30,082 nucleotides of DNA from a virus. Its lineage: Duplodnaviria; Heunggongvirae; Uroviricota; Caudoviricetes. The translations under genes and the position numbers were made by a program. A model generated the notes under the pieces. It did no database searches. It was not told the origin of the DNA and saw only the letters and a program-made list of their open reading frames with translations. Shown piece after piece: positions 15,946 through 25,061 of the stretch (position 1 is its first letter; every line of letters starts with the position of its first letter). The stretch lies in the IMG/VR virus record IMGVR_UViG_2627853983_000001. The stretch is one strand, 5' to 3'.

Positions 15946-16887
15946 TTATATTTTTAATGTTAGTGAATGATATTCACGAGAGTTCACGTTCGATGTGATG
16001 TAATCGGGGGCGTTAACACCAAGAATCGCAACGAGTAATCGGCAAATTAAAGCCTGCATTTGTTGTAATATGTCATCTCCATATTGATAATTGTTAATAG
16101 TGGTAAAGCCAAGTGGTTGACCATGAAACATAGCTTCATGAAAGTTTTCATTGCGGATGTTTGTAATGTTTTTTTTGCCTGTAACCCATGATGGTCGTGG
16201 TATTCCATAAGTTTTGCAGATCCACTTCAAGCGCCTGGAGTGATTTAGAGTCTTTTCTGTACACTTGTTCTTTTCTGCCCATGTTAAAGCAAAGCAACTA
16301 TCCAGTGCCATGTAAAGATACTGGAATTTTTCGAAGCTAAGGTATTGTGGGTTTTGGGATAAAAATAGTGCATGCACTATTGCTGCTATATTTATTGGTG
16401 CGTGTTTGGTTTTTGTCTCGCTAGACATGTATTTGAGTGCTAATTCTATAACCTCTTTTTCAGAGCACTTGACCAGAATAAAGTCAGTTAATTTGCTGGG
16501 TTTTATTGGGGTTGCGTCTAAAAAACCGGCATCAGTAGTTGTTAATCTTATCCCTTTGAAAAAAGACAGACACCACACAGCAAAATTGAGAGTTTCTAGT
16601 GAAGATGTATTTTTTAATTTTAGTGAGTGTGTTTTGGGTAAGCCAAATACTCGTTGGCTAAAAGGCATTGTGGATATGCCTCCATTGAGGTTATATACTT
16701 CTTGGTTTCCTGGGTATATCCAACCGTTAATAACATTTCTGTGATTGTTTATAAGATTTGTTTTTTCCGCCAGACCGGGTAAAGTAAGTAAAGAAAAATC
16801 ATCAGTTTCAACGTTAACTTCTACTGGATAGTATCCAAACTCAGCTTCAATATCATTGGATTGCTGTTCGTCAACTTTACCTTGCAT
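15946..16887 (-). CDS. Hypothetical 313-aa protein with HEPN-like RNxxxH motif (RNENFH, residues 245..250); candidate abortive-infection RNase
   Basis: Long ORF in the AT-rich island with GGAG Shine-Dalgarno 6 nt upstream. The RNENFH motif was verified on the DNA (minus strand of 16138..16155). The fold assignment is inferred from the motif only. Confidence 0.7.
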   Translation of the reverse strand: MQGKVDEQQSNDIEAEFGYYPVEVNVETDDFSLLTLPGLAEKTNLINNHRNVINGWIYPGNQEVYNLNGGISTMPFSQRVFGLPKTHSLKLKNTSSLETLNFAVWCLSFFKGIRLTTTDAGFLDATPIKPSKLTDFILVKCSEKEVIELALKYMSSETKTKHAPINIAAIVHALFLSQNPQYLSFEKFQYLYMALDSCFALTWAEKNKCTEKTLNHSRRLKWICKTYGIPRPSWVTGKKNITNIRNENFHEAMFHGQPLGFTTINNYQYGDDILQQMQALICRLLVAILGVNAPDYITSNVNSREYHSLTLKI

Positions 16888-16905
16888 ACATTGCTCCGGT
16901 CAAAA

Positions 16906-16933
16906 ATAGGCTCGATAATTCTCGTAAGCCTAT
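16906..16933 (-). promoter_or_regulatory. Leader hairpin plus U5 tract (terminator/attenuator-like) immediately upstream of the RBS of the 313-aa gene
   Basis: On the minus strand: ATAGGCTTACGA-GAATTA-TCGAGCCTAT followed by TTTTT, then GACCGGAGCAATGT-ATG. Confidence 0.45.
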
Positions 16934-17124
16934 CATGTTCGCAAAGTATCCATACCTGTGGATTTTGTAAATTTAAGTTGATTTGTCATTAAATAAGCCG
17001 TTGCATGCAACAAGTGAATGTTTTTGCATGCGTCGGGGATGTCCGTTCAGGCTGCGTGCGGTCAGGACTGGTGCGGATCCATAGTATCTATGCAACTGCA
17101 TTAAAACCGCCCCATGAAGCGGGC

Positions 17125-17143
17125 GGGCGAGGCGGGGAAAGCA
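17125..17143. other. cos: cos site (19-nt cohesive end sequence GGCGAGGCGGGGAAAGCAC)
   Basis: Exact match to the P2 cohesive-end sequence as I recall it, in the expected position just beyond the portal gene Q. Confidence 0.75.
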
Positions 17144-17284
17144 CTGCGCGCTGGCGGTGGTGCTGATTTTATTTTTTCAGCGTCTGAGCGCGTCGTGATG
17201 GCGTTTAGATTGTGCGCCGGGGCGTTGGTGTGTCTGCGGGCTGTTTTGTGCGGTGGTGAGTGTGTGAGGGCGTGATGACGGGCT

Positions 17285-17308
17285 GTAAAAAAGCCGCCCG
17301 CAGGCGGC
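17285..17308 (-). terminator. Rho-independent terminator downstream of Q (minus strand)
   Basis: GCCGCC-CGCA-GGCGGC stem followed on the minus strand by TTTTTT. Confidence 0.6.
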
Positions 17309-17313
17309 GATGT

Positions 17314-18348
17314 TCAGCCGTTGTCAGTGTCCAGTGAGTAGTTTTTAAAGCGGATGACCTCCTGACCGAGCCAGCCGTTTATCTCGCGGATCCTGTCCTG
17401 TAACGGGATAAGCTCATTGCGGACAAAGACCTTTGCCACTTTCTCAATATCACCCAGCGACCCGACGTTCTCCGGCTTGCCGCCCATCAACTGAAAGGGG
17501 ATGCGGTGCGCGTCCAGCAGGTCTGCGGCACTGGCTTTTTTGATATTAAAAAAATCGTCCTTCGTCGCCACTTCACTGAGCGGGATAATTTTAATGCCGT
17601 CGGCTTTTCCCTGTGGGGCATAGAGAAACAGGTTTTTAAAGTTGTTGCGGCCTTTTGACTTAACCATGTTTTCGCGGAGCATTTCGATATCGTTGCGATC
17701 CTGCACGGCATCAGTGACGTACATGATGTATCCGGCATGAGCGCCGTTTTCGTAATACTTGCGGCGGAACAGCGTGGCTGATTCATTCAGCCAGGCAGAG
17801 TTAAGGGCGCTGAGATATTCCGGCAGACCGTACAGCTCCTGATTAATATCCGGCTCCAGCAGGTGAAACACGGAGCCGGGCGCGAAAGGTGTCGGCTCAT
17901 GGAAGGACGGCACCCACCAGTAAACATCCTCTTCCACGCCACGGCGGGTATATTTTGCCGGTGAGGTTTCCAGTCTGATGACCTTACCGGTGGTGCTGTA
18001 ACGCTTTTCCAGAAACGCATTACCGAACACCAGAAAATCCAGCACAAAGCGGCTGAAATCCTGCTGGGAAAGCCACGGATGCGGGATAAATGTCGAGGCC
18101 AGAATATTGCGTTTGACGTAAATCGGTGAGCTGTGATGCACGGCAGCACGCAGGCTTTTTGCCAGACCGGTAAAGCTGACCGGTGGCTCATACCATCTGC
18201 CGTTACTGATGCACTCGACGTAATCCAGAATGTCACGGCGGTCGAGTACCGGCACCGGCTCACCAAAGGTGAATGCCTCCATTTTCGGGGCGCTGGCGGT
18301 CATTTTTTTTGCCGCAGGTTGCGGTGTTTTCCCTTTTTTCTTGCTCAT
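17314..18348 (-). CDS. Q: Portal protein
   Basis: 344-aa ORF; P2 Q length and position next to cos. Confidence 0.92.
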   Translation of the reverse strand: MSKKKGKTPQPAAKKMTASAPKMEAFTFGEPVPVLDRRDILDYVECISNGRWYEPPVSFTGLAKSLRAAVHHSSPIYVKRNILASTFIPHPWLSQQDFSRFVLDFLVFGNAFLEKRYSTTGKVIRLETSPAKYTRRGVEEDVYWWVPSFHEPTPFAPGSVFHLLEPDINQELYGLPEYLSALNSAWLNESATLFRRKYYENGAHAGYIMYVTDAVQDRNDIEMLRENMVKSKGRNNFKNLFLYAPQGKADGIKIIPLSEVATKDDFFNIKKASAADLLDAHRIPFQLMGGKPENVGSLGDIEKVAKVFVRNELIPLQDRIREINGWLGQEVIRFKNYSLDTDNG

Positions 18349-20120
18349 CAGTAAAACTCCAGAATGGTGGATGTCAGCGGGGTGCTGATACCGGCGGTGA
18401 GTGGCTCATTTAACAGGGCGTGCATGGTCGCCCAGGCGAGGTCGGCGTGGCTGGCTTCCTCGCTGCGGCTGGCCTCATACGTGGCGCTGCGTCCGCTGCT
18501 GGTCATGGTCTTGCGGATAGCCATAAACGAGCTGGTGATGTCGGTGGCGCTGACGTCATATTCCAGACAGCCACGGCGGATGACGTCTTTTGCCTTGAGC
18601 ACCATTGCGGTTTTCATTTCCGGTGTGTAGCGGATATCGCGCGCGGCGGGATAGAACGAGCGCACGAGCTGGAACACGCCGACACCGAGGCCGGTGGCAT
18701 CAATACCGATGTATTCGACGTTGTATTTTTCGGTGAGTTTGCGGATGGATTCCGCCTGAGTGGCAAAGTCCATGCCTTTCCACTGGTGACGCTCAAGTAT
18801 TCTGAATTTGCCACCGGCCACCACCGGCGGTGCCAGTACCACGCATCCGGCGCTGTCGCCACGGTGTGACGGGTCGTAACCAATCCATACCGGGCGGGAG
18901 CCGAACGGATTCGCGGCAAACGGCGCATAGTCTTCCCATTCTTCCAGCGTGTCGACCATGCAGCGTTGCAGCTCCTCGAACGGGAACACCGACGCCTTGT
19001 CGTCAACAAATTCACACATGAACAGGTTTTTAAAATCGTCGGCGCTGTTTTCACGTTTGAGCTGCTCAATGTCGAACAGCGTGCAGCCGCCTTTCAACGC
19101 GTCCTCAATGGTGACAATCTGCCGCCACTGGCCGTCTGCACAGAGAAGCCCACCGGCAAGGGCGTTATGACTGACGTCGATTTCCACGCGTTCGGCGGCG
19201 CTGGCGCGTCCCCGGTTGAACAGTTCACCCGACCAGAACGGGTAGGCGTCGTGCGCCAGCGTGGACGGGGTGGAGAAATAGGTCGAACGCAGGTGACTCT
19301 GTGAGGCCATACCTGATGCCACCTTACGCAGTACCTGAAAATTCGGGATCCAGAAAATCTCGTCGACGTACAGGTCGCCGTTATGGCTCTGCGCGGTGTT
19401 GGAGTTGGTGCCGAGAAAAATCAGTTTTGCGCCGTTATTGCCCAGGACAATCGGGTCACCGGTCAGGTCAACGTCAACCAGCCGGGCAAAGGCGATGATG
19501 TATTCGCGGAACACATACGCCTGCGTTTTACTGGCCGACAGAAAAATCTGGTTATGACCGGTTTTCAGGGCGCGCAGCAGCGCCTCGCGGGAAAAATAAA
19601 ACGTCGCGCCAATCTGGCGGGATTTCAGGATATCGCGGATGCGGTGCTCAAGCCCGGCGCGATACCAGTGCAACTGATATTCGAAAGACTGCTCAAAGAA
19701 AATCTGCTCCAGCTTTTTGATGGCCTCGTCACTGAAAAAATTCTTTTTCGGTTTGCGGCGCCCGCCTTTGTTGCGGTTAGCGACGTTCGGATTAAGGTCT
19801 GCCTCGTTGCCGGTCTGACTGTAACGGTTGACCCGTGCCAGTCGTTCAATCTGGCGTCCGAGCAGGTCAATTTCCTTGAAGTCACCGCCGGTTTTCTGCG
19901 GTTTTATGATGAGCTGGGTCAGCCGCGCTTCCAGACTCATTTCGACACGGCTGATGGGGGCAACGCTGTCCCAGCCGTCGCGCTGTTTCCAGCTCTGCAC
20001 CGTCGGGCGTTTCATCTGCAACATGGCGGCAATCTGCGGCACGGAAAATCCCTGCCAGTACAGCAGCGCCGCCTGACGACGCGGGTCGTGTAAAAGAGTG
20101 GTGTCTGTGGTGATGGTCAT
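18348..20120 (-). CDS. P: Terminase large subunit (ATPase/nuclease)
   Basis: 590 aa from MTITTDTTLLHDPRRQAALLYWQGFSVPQIA... (tracked ORF extends 10 codons upstream); P2 P length; overlaps the Q start. Confidence 0.92.
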   Translation of the reverse strand: MTITTDTTLLHDPRRQAALLYWQGFSVPQIAAMLQMKRPTVQSWKQRDGWDSVAPISRVEMSLEARLTQLIIKPQKTGGDFKEIDLLGRQIERLARVNRYSQTGNEADLNPNVANRNKGGRRKPKKNFFSDEAIKKLEQIFFEQSFEYQLHWYRAGLEHRIRDILKSRQIGATFYFSREALLRALKTGHNQIFLSASKTQAYVFREYIIAFARLVDVDLTGDPIVLGNNGAKLIFLGTNSNTAQSHNGDLYVDEIFWIPNFQVLRKVASGMASQSHLRSTYFSTPSTLAHDAYPFWSGELFNRGRASAAERVEIDVSHNALAGGLLCADGQWRQIVTIEDALKGGCTLFDIEQLKRENSADDFKNLFMCEFVDDKASVFPFEELQRCMVDTLEEWEDYAPFAANPFGSRPVWIGYDPSHRGDSAGCVVLAPPVVAGGKFRILERHQWKGMDFATQAESIRKLTEKYNVEYIGIDATGLGVGVFQLVRSFYPAARDIRYTPEMKTAMVLKAKDVIRRGCLEYDVSATDITSSFMAIRKTMTSSGRSATYEASRSEEASHADLAWATMHALLNEPLTAGISTPLTSTILEFY

Positions 20121-20293
20121 GAATACCTCGCCGTGATGAATACACGGCAAGGCTACTGAGTCGCGCCCCGCGATTCGCTAAGGTGCTGTTGTGTCAGTGA
20201 TAAGCCATCCGGGACTGATGGCGGAGGATGCGCATCGTCGGGAAACTGATGCCGACATGTGACTCCTCTAATCACTATTCAGGACTCCTGACA
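20121..20293. promoter_or_regulatory. Divergent late promoter region (P_P / P_O), expected Ogr-dependent
   Basis: Intergenic region between divergent P and O, as in P2. Specific Ogr binding dyads were not confidently located by eye. Confidence 0.45.
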
Positions 20294-21148
20294 ATGGCAA
20301 AAAAAGTCTCAAAATTCTTTCGTATCGGCGTTGAGGGTGACACCTGTGACGGGCGTGTCATCAGTGCGCAGGATATTCAGGAAATGGCCGAAACCTTTGA
20401 CCCGCGTGTCTATGGTTGCCGCATTAACCTGGAACATCTGCGCGGCATCCTGCCTGACGGTATTTTTAAACGTTATGGCGATGTGGCCGAACTGAAGGCC
20501 GAAAAGATTGACGATGATTCGGCGCTGAAAGGCAAATGGGCGCTGTTTGCGAAAATCACCCCGACCGATGACCTTATCGCGATGAACAAGGCCGCGCAGA
20601 AGGTCTATACCTCAATGGAAATTCAGCCGAACTTTGCCAATACAGGCAAATGTTATCTGGTGGGTCTGGCCGTCACCGATGACCCGGCAAGCCTCGGCAC
20701 GGAATACCTGGAATTCTGCCGCACGGCAAAACACAACCCCCTGAACCGCTTCAAATTAAGCCCTGAAAACCTGATTTCAGTGGCAACGCCTGTTGAGCTG
20801 GAATTTGAAGACCTGCCTGAAACCGTGTTCACCGCCCTGACCGAAAAGGTGAAATCCATTTTTGGCCGCAAACAGGCCAGCGATGACGCCCGTCTGAATG
20901 ACGTGCATGAAGCGGTGACCGCTGTCGCTGAGCATGTGCAGGAAAAACTGAGCGCCACTGAGCAGCGCCTTGCTGAGATGGAAACCGCCTTTTCCGCACT
21001 TAAGCAGGATATGACTGACAGGGCGGATGAAACCAGTCAGGCATTCACCCGCCTGAAAAACAGTCTCGACCACACCGAAAGTCTGACCCAGCAGCGCCGC
21101 AGCAAAGCCACCGGCGGTGGCGGTGACGCCCTGATGACGAACTGCTGA
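20294..21148 (+). CDS. O: Capsid scaffolding protein
   Basis: 284 aa from MAKKVSKFFRIGVEGDTCDGRV...; P2 O length and position. Confidence 0.92.
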   Translation: MAKKVSKFFRIGVEGDTCDGRVISAQDIQEMAETFDPRVYGCRINLEHLRGILPDGIFKRYGDVAELKAEKIDDDSALKGKWALFAKITPTDDLIAMNKAAQKVYTSMEIQPNFANTGKCYLVGLAVTDDPASLGTEYLEFCRTAKHNPLNRFKLSPENLISVATPVELEFEDLPETVFTALTEKVKSIFGRKQASDDARLNDVHEAVTAVAEHVQEKLSATEQRLAEMETAFSALKQDMTDRADETSQAFTRLKNSLDHTESLTQQRRSKATGGGGDALMTNC

Positions 21149-21206
21149 CCGGCGTCAGTCAGTCCGGGAAAACCTTCACGATTAACCCTTAATTTCAGGA
21201 AAAACT

Positions 21207-22280
21207 ATGCGCCAGGAAACCCGCTTTAAATTTAATGCCTACCTGTCCCGTGTTGCCGAACTGAACGGCATCGACGCCGGTGATGTGTCGAAAAAATTCA
21301 CCGTTGAACCGTCGGTCACCCAGACCCTGATGAACACCATGCAGGAGTCCTCTGACTTTCTGACCCGCATCAACATTGTGCCGGTCAGCGAAATGAAAGG
21401 GGAAAAAATTGGTATTGGTGTCACCGGCTCCATCGCCAGCACCACCGACACCGCCGGTGGCACCGAGCGTCAGCCGAAGGACTTCTCGAAGCTGGCGTCA
21501 AACAAGTACGAATGCGACCAGATTAACTTCGATTTTTATATCCGCTACAAAACGCTGGACCTGTGGGCGCGTTATCAGGATTTCCAGCTCCGTATCCGTA
21601 ACGCCATTATCAAACGCCAGTCCCTTGATTTAATCATGGCCGGTTTTAACGGCGTGAGGCGTGCCGAAACCTCTGACCGCAGCAGCAATCCGATGCTGCA
21701 GGATGTGGCGGTCGGCTGGCTGCAGAAATACCGCAATGAAGCCCCGGCGCGCGTGATGAGCAAGGTCACTGACGAGGAAGGGCACACCACCTCTGAGGTC
21801 ATCCGCGTGGGTAAGGGCGGTGATTATGCCAGCCTTGATGCACTGGTGATGGATGCGACCAACAACCTGATTGAACCGTGGTATCAGGAAGACCCTGACC
21901 TTGTGGTGATTGTGGGGCGTCAGCTACTGGCGGACAAGTATTTTCCCATCGTCAACAAGGAGCAGGACAACAGCGAAATGCTGGCCGCTGACGTCATCAT
22001 CAGCCAGAAACGCATCGGCAACCTGCCGGCGGTACGCGTCCCGTACTTCCCGGCGGATGCGATGCTCATCACGAAGCTGGAAAACCTGTCCATCTACTAC
22101 ATGGATGACAGCCATCGCCGCGTGATTGTGGAAAACCCGAAACTCGACCGCGTGGAGAACTACGAGTCAATGAACATTGATTACGTGGTGGAAGACTACG
22201 CCGCCGGTTGTCTGGTGGAAAAAATTAAGGTCGGTGATTTCTCCACACCGGCTAAGGCGACCGCAGAGCCGGGAGCGTAA
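21207..22280 (+). CDS. N: Major capsid protein
   Basis: 357-aa ORF; P2 N length and position. Confidence 0.93.
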   Translation: MRQETRFKFNAYLSRVAELNGIDAGDVSKKFTVEPSVTQTLMNTMQESSDFLTRINIVPVSEMKGEKIGIGVTGSIASTTDTAGGTERQPKDFSKLASNKYECDQINFDFYIRYKTLDLWARYQDFQLRIRNAIIKRQSLDLIMAGFNGVRRAETSDRSSNPMLQDVAVGWLQKYRNEAPARVMSKVTDEEGHTTSEVIRVGKGGDYASLDALVMDATNNLIEPWYQEDPDLVVIVGRQLLADKYFPIVNKEQDNSEMLAADVIISQKRIGNLPAVRVPYFPADAMLITKLENLSIYYMDDSHRRVIVENPKLDRVENYESMNIDYVVEDYAAGCLVEKIKVGDFSTPAKATAEPGA

Positions 22281-22283
22281 CCG

Positions 22284-23027
22284 ATGACGAGTCCCGCACA
22301 GCGCCACATGATGCGGGTCTCGGCAGCGATGACCGCGCAGCGGGAAGCCGCCCCGCTGCGACATGCAACTGTCTATGAGCAGATGCTGGTCAAGCTGGCC
22401 GCAGACCAGCGCACACTGAAAGCGATTTATTCAAAAGAGCTGAAGGCCGCGAAAAAACGCGAACTGCTGCCGTTCTGGTTGCCGTGGGTGAACGGCGTGC
22501 TGGACCAGGGCAAAGGTGCACAGGATGACATTCTGATGACGGTCATGCTGTGGCGTCTGGATACCGGCGATATTGCCGGTGCGCTGGAGATTGCCCGTTA
22601 TGCCCTGAAGTACGGTCTGACCATGCCGGGTAAACACCGCCGCACCCCGCCGTACATGTTCACCGAGGAGGTGGCGCTCGCGGCCATGCGCGCTCACGCT
22701 GCCGGTGAGTCTGTGGATCCCCGCCTGCTGACGGAGACCCTTGAACTGACCGCCACGGCTGACATGCCTGATGAAGTGCGCGCAAAGCTGCACAAAATCA
22801 CCGGTCTGCTTCTGCGTGATGGTGGTGATGCCGCCGGTGCGCTGGCTCACCTGCAACGTGCGACACAGCTCGACTGTCAGGCAGGTGTCAAAAAAGAGAT
22901 TGAACGACTGGAGCGGGAGCTGAAACCGAAGCCGGAGCCGCAGCCCAAAGCGGCCACCCGCGCCCCGCGTAAGACCCGGAGCGTGACACCGGCAAAACGT
23001 GGACGCCCGAAAAAGAATGCCAGTTAA
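22284..23027 (+). CDS. M: Terminase small subunit (endonuclease subunit)
   Basis: 247-aa ORF with basic C-terminus; P2 M length and position. Confidence 0.9.
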   Translation: MTSPAQRHMMRVSAAMTAQREAAPLRHATVYEQMLVKLAADQRTLKAIYSKELKAAKKRELLPFWLPWVNGVLDQGKGAQDDILMTVMLWRLDTGDIAGALEIARYALKYGLTMPGKHRRTPPYMFTEEVALAAMRAHAAGESVDPRLLTETLELTATADMPDEVRAKLHKITGLLLRDGGDAAGALAHLQRATQLDCQAGVKKEIERLERELKPKPEPQPKAATRAPRKTRSVTPAKRGRPKKNAS

Positions 23028-23126
23028 CAACCGAATGCGCCCCGCGCCAGGGCGGCACGCCGGTCAGTGTGGGTGAATCACCTGACACTGTACCGGCGTC
23101 CACCGCCCGACTTTTCTGAGGTAGTC

Positions 23127-23636
23127 ATGATGACGCTGATTATTCCGCGAAAGGAGGCTCCCGTGTCCGGTGAGGGTACGGTGGTCATCCCGCAACCGGC
23201 AGGCGACGAGCCGGTGATTAAAAACACGTTCTTTTTTCCCGATATCGACCCGAAGCGCGTCCGGGAACGTATGCGCCTTGAGCAGACCGTCGCCCCCGCC
23301 CGTCTGCGTGAGGCCATCAAGTCAGGCATGGCGGAGACGAATGCGGAGCTGTACGAGTACCGCGAACAGAAAATTGCCGCCGGTTTTACGCGTCTGGCTG
23401 ACGTCCCGGCAGACGATATCGACGGTGAAAGCATCAAAGTTTTTTACTACGAGCGCGCCGTGTGTGCGATGGCGACCGCGTCACTTTATGAACGTTATCG
23501 CGGTGTGGATGCCAGTGCGAAAGGCGACAAGAAGGCCGACAGCATTGACAGCACCATTGATGAGCTGTGGCGGGATATGCGCTGGGCAGTGGCGCGCATC
23601 CAGGACAAGCCGCGCTGCATCGTGAGTCAAATCTGA
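23127..23636 (+). CDS. L: Head completion / stabilisation protein
   Basis: 169 aa from MMTLIIPRKEAP... with GAGG Shine-Dalgarno; P2 L length. Confidence 0.9.
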   Translation: MMTLIIPRKEAPVSGEGTVVIPQPAGDEPVIKNTFFFPDIDPKRVRERMRLEQTVAPARLREAIKSGMAETNAELYEYREQKIAAGFTRLADVPADDIDGESIKVFYYERAVCAMATASLYERYRGVDASAKGDKKADSIDSTIDELWRDMRWAVARIQDKPRCIVSQI

Positions 23637-23839
23637 TGAAGACCTTTGCGCTACAGGGCGACACGCTCGACGCCATTTGTGTCCGGTATTACGGGCGCAC
23701 TGAGGGCGTGGTTGAGACTGTGCTCGCCGCAAATCCGGGACTGGCTGAACTGGGGGCGGTGCTGCCACACGGCACCGCCGTCGAACTGCCCGACGTTCAG
23801 ACCGCGCCCGTGGCTGAAACTGTCAATCTGTGGGAGTAA
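23636..23839 (+). CDS. X: Tail protein X (LysM-like)
   Basis: 67 aa, MKTFALQGDTLDAICVRYYGRTEGVVE...; ATGA overlap with the L stop. Confidence 0.88.
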   Translation: MKTFALQGDTLDAICVRYYGRTEGVVETVLAANPGLAELGAVLPHGTAVELPDVQTAPVAETVNLWE

Positions 23840-23842
23840 CGC

Positions 23843-24124
23843 ATGACAGCAGAAGAAAAAAGCGTCCTGTCGCTTTTCATGATTGGGGTGCTGATTGTTG
23901 TCGGCAAGGTGCTTGCCGGTGGTGAACCCATCACCCCGCGTCTGTTTATCGGGCGCATGTTGCTCGGTGGTTTTGTCTCGATGGTTGCCGGTGTTGTTCT
24001 GGTGCAGTTTCCTGACCTGTCACTGCCTGCGGTGTGCGGCATCGGCTCCATGCTGGGTATCGCCGGTTATCAGGTGATTGAGATTGCCATTCAGCGCCGC
24101 TTTAAGGGCAGGGGGAAACCGTAA
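23843..24124 (+). CDS. Y: Holin
   Basis: 93-aa ORF with hydrophobic transmembrane segments directly upstream of the endolysin. Confidence 0.88.
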   Translation: MTAEEKSVLSLFMIGVLIVVGKVLAGGEPITPRLFIGRMLLGGFVSMVAGVVLVQFPDLSLPAVCGIGSMLGIAGYQVIEIAIQRRFKGRGKP

Positions 24125-24621
24125 TGCCGGTAATTAACACGCATCAGAATATCGCCGCCTTTCTCGACATGCTGGCGGTATCCGAAGGGACGGCGAATCA
24201 TCCGCTGACGAAAAACCGGGGCTATGACGTGATAGTCACCGGACTGGACGGGAAGCCGGAAATTTTCACCGACTACAGTGACCACCCGTTCGCACATGGC
24301 CGACCGGCGAAGGTGTTTAACCGTCGCGGTGAAAAATCCACGGCCTCCGGTCGCTATCAGCAGCTTTACCTGTTCTGGCCGCATTACCGCAAACAGCTTG
24401 CCCTGCCGGATTTCAGTCCGTTGTCACAGGACAGGCTCGCCATTCAGTTGATCCGCGAACGCGGTGCACTGGATGACATCCGGGCGGGACGCATTGAGCG
24501 CGCCATTTCACGCTGTCGCAATATCTGGGCGTCCCTGCCGGGTGCCGGTTACGGTCAGCGTGAGCATTCACTGGAAAAACTGGTCACCGTCTGGCGTACC
24601 GCCGGCGGCGTACCGGCTTAA
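24124..24621 (+). CDS. K: Endolysin (lysozyme-like)
   Basis: 165-aa ORF; P2 K length and position in the lysis cassette. Confidence 0.9.
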   Translation: MPVINTHQNIAAFLDMLAVSEGTANHPLTKNRGYDVIVTGLDGKPEIFTDYSDHPFAHGRPAKVFNRRGEKSTASGRYQQLYLFWPHYRKQLALPDFSPLSQDRLAIQLIRERGALDDIRAGRIERAISRCRNIWASLPGAGYGQREHSLEKLVTVWRTAGGVPA

Positions 24622-24635
24622 ACGGAGTAAACACC

Positions 24636-25061
24636 ATGAAGAAATTATCCCTTTCACTGATGCTGAACGTGTCGCTGGCGCTGATGCTGGCACTGTCCCT
24701 GATTTACCCGCAGAGCGTGGCCGTCAATTTTGTCGCCGCCTGGGCGATTCTGGCGACGGTTATCTGTGTGGTTGCCGGTGGTGTCGGCGTGTATGCCACT
24801 GAGTATGTGCTGGAACGCTACGGGCGGGAGCTGCCGCCGGAATCGCTGGCCGTGAAGATTGTCGCGTCGCTGTTTTTGCAGCCGGTGCCGTGGCGCAGAC
24901 GGGCGGCGGCTCTGGTGGTGATGGTGGCGACGTTTATCTCGCTGGTCGCTGCCGGGTGGATTTTTACCGCGCTGATTTACCTCGTGGCGTCGGTGTTCTT
25001 CCGGCTGATACGTAAGGCCTGCCGTCAGCGTCTTGAGGGGCGGGAACCATGTCAAAGCTGA
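24636..25061 (+). CDS. lysA: Lysis timing membrane protein LysA
   Basis: 141-aa multi-transmembrane ORF following K. Confidence 0.85.
   Translation: MKKLSLSLMLNVSLALMLALSLIYPQSVAVNFVAAWAILATVICVVAGGVGVYATEYVLERYGRELPPESLAVKIVASLFLQPVPWRRRAAALVVMVATFISLVAAGWIFTALIYLVASVFFRLIRKACRQRLEGREPCQS

Noticed and set aside
18364-20145. Plus-strand and alternative-frame ORFs inside the terminase gene P (e.g. 18420..18869, 18966..19304, 19383..20093)
   Set aside because: Overlap the 590-aa terminase ORF on the opposite strand or in other frames; no start signals; products are low-complexity, Arg/Gly-rich.
22431-23030. 199-aa minus-strand ORF antisense to the terminase small subunit gene M
   Set aside because: Entirely within M on the opposite strand; the M product matches P2 in length and sequence, and the antisense product is Arg-rich low complexity.
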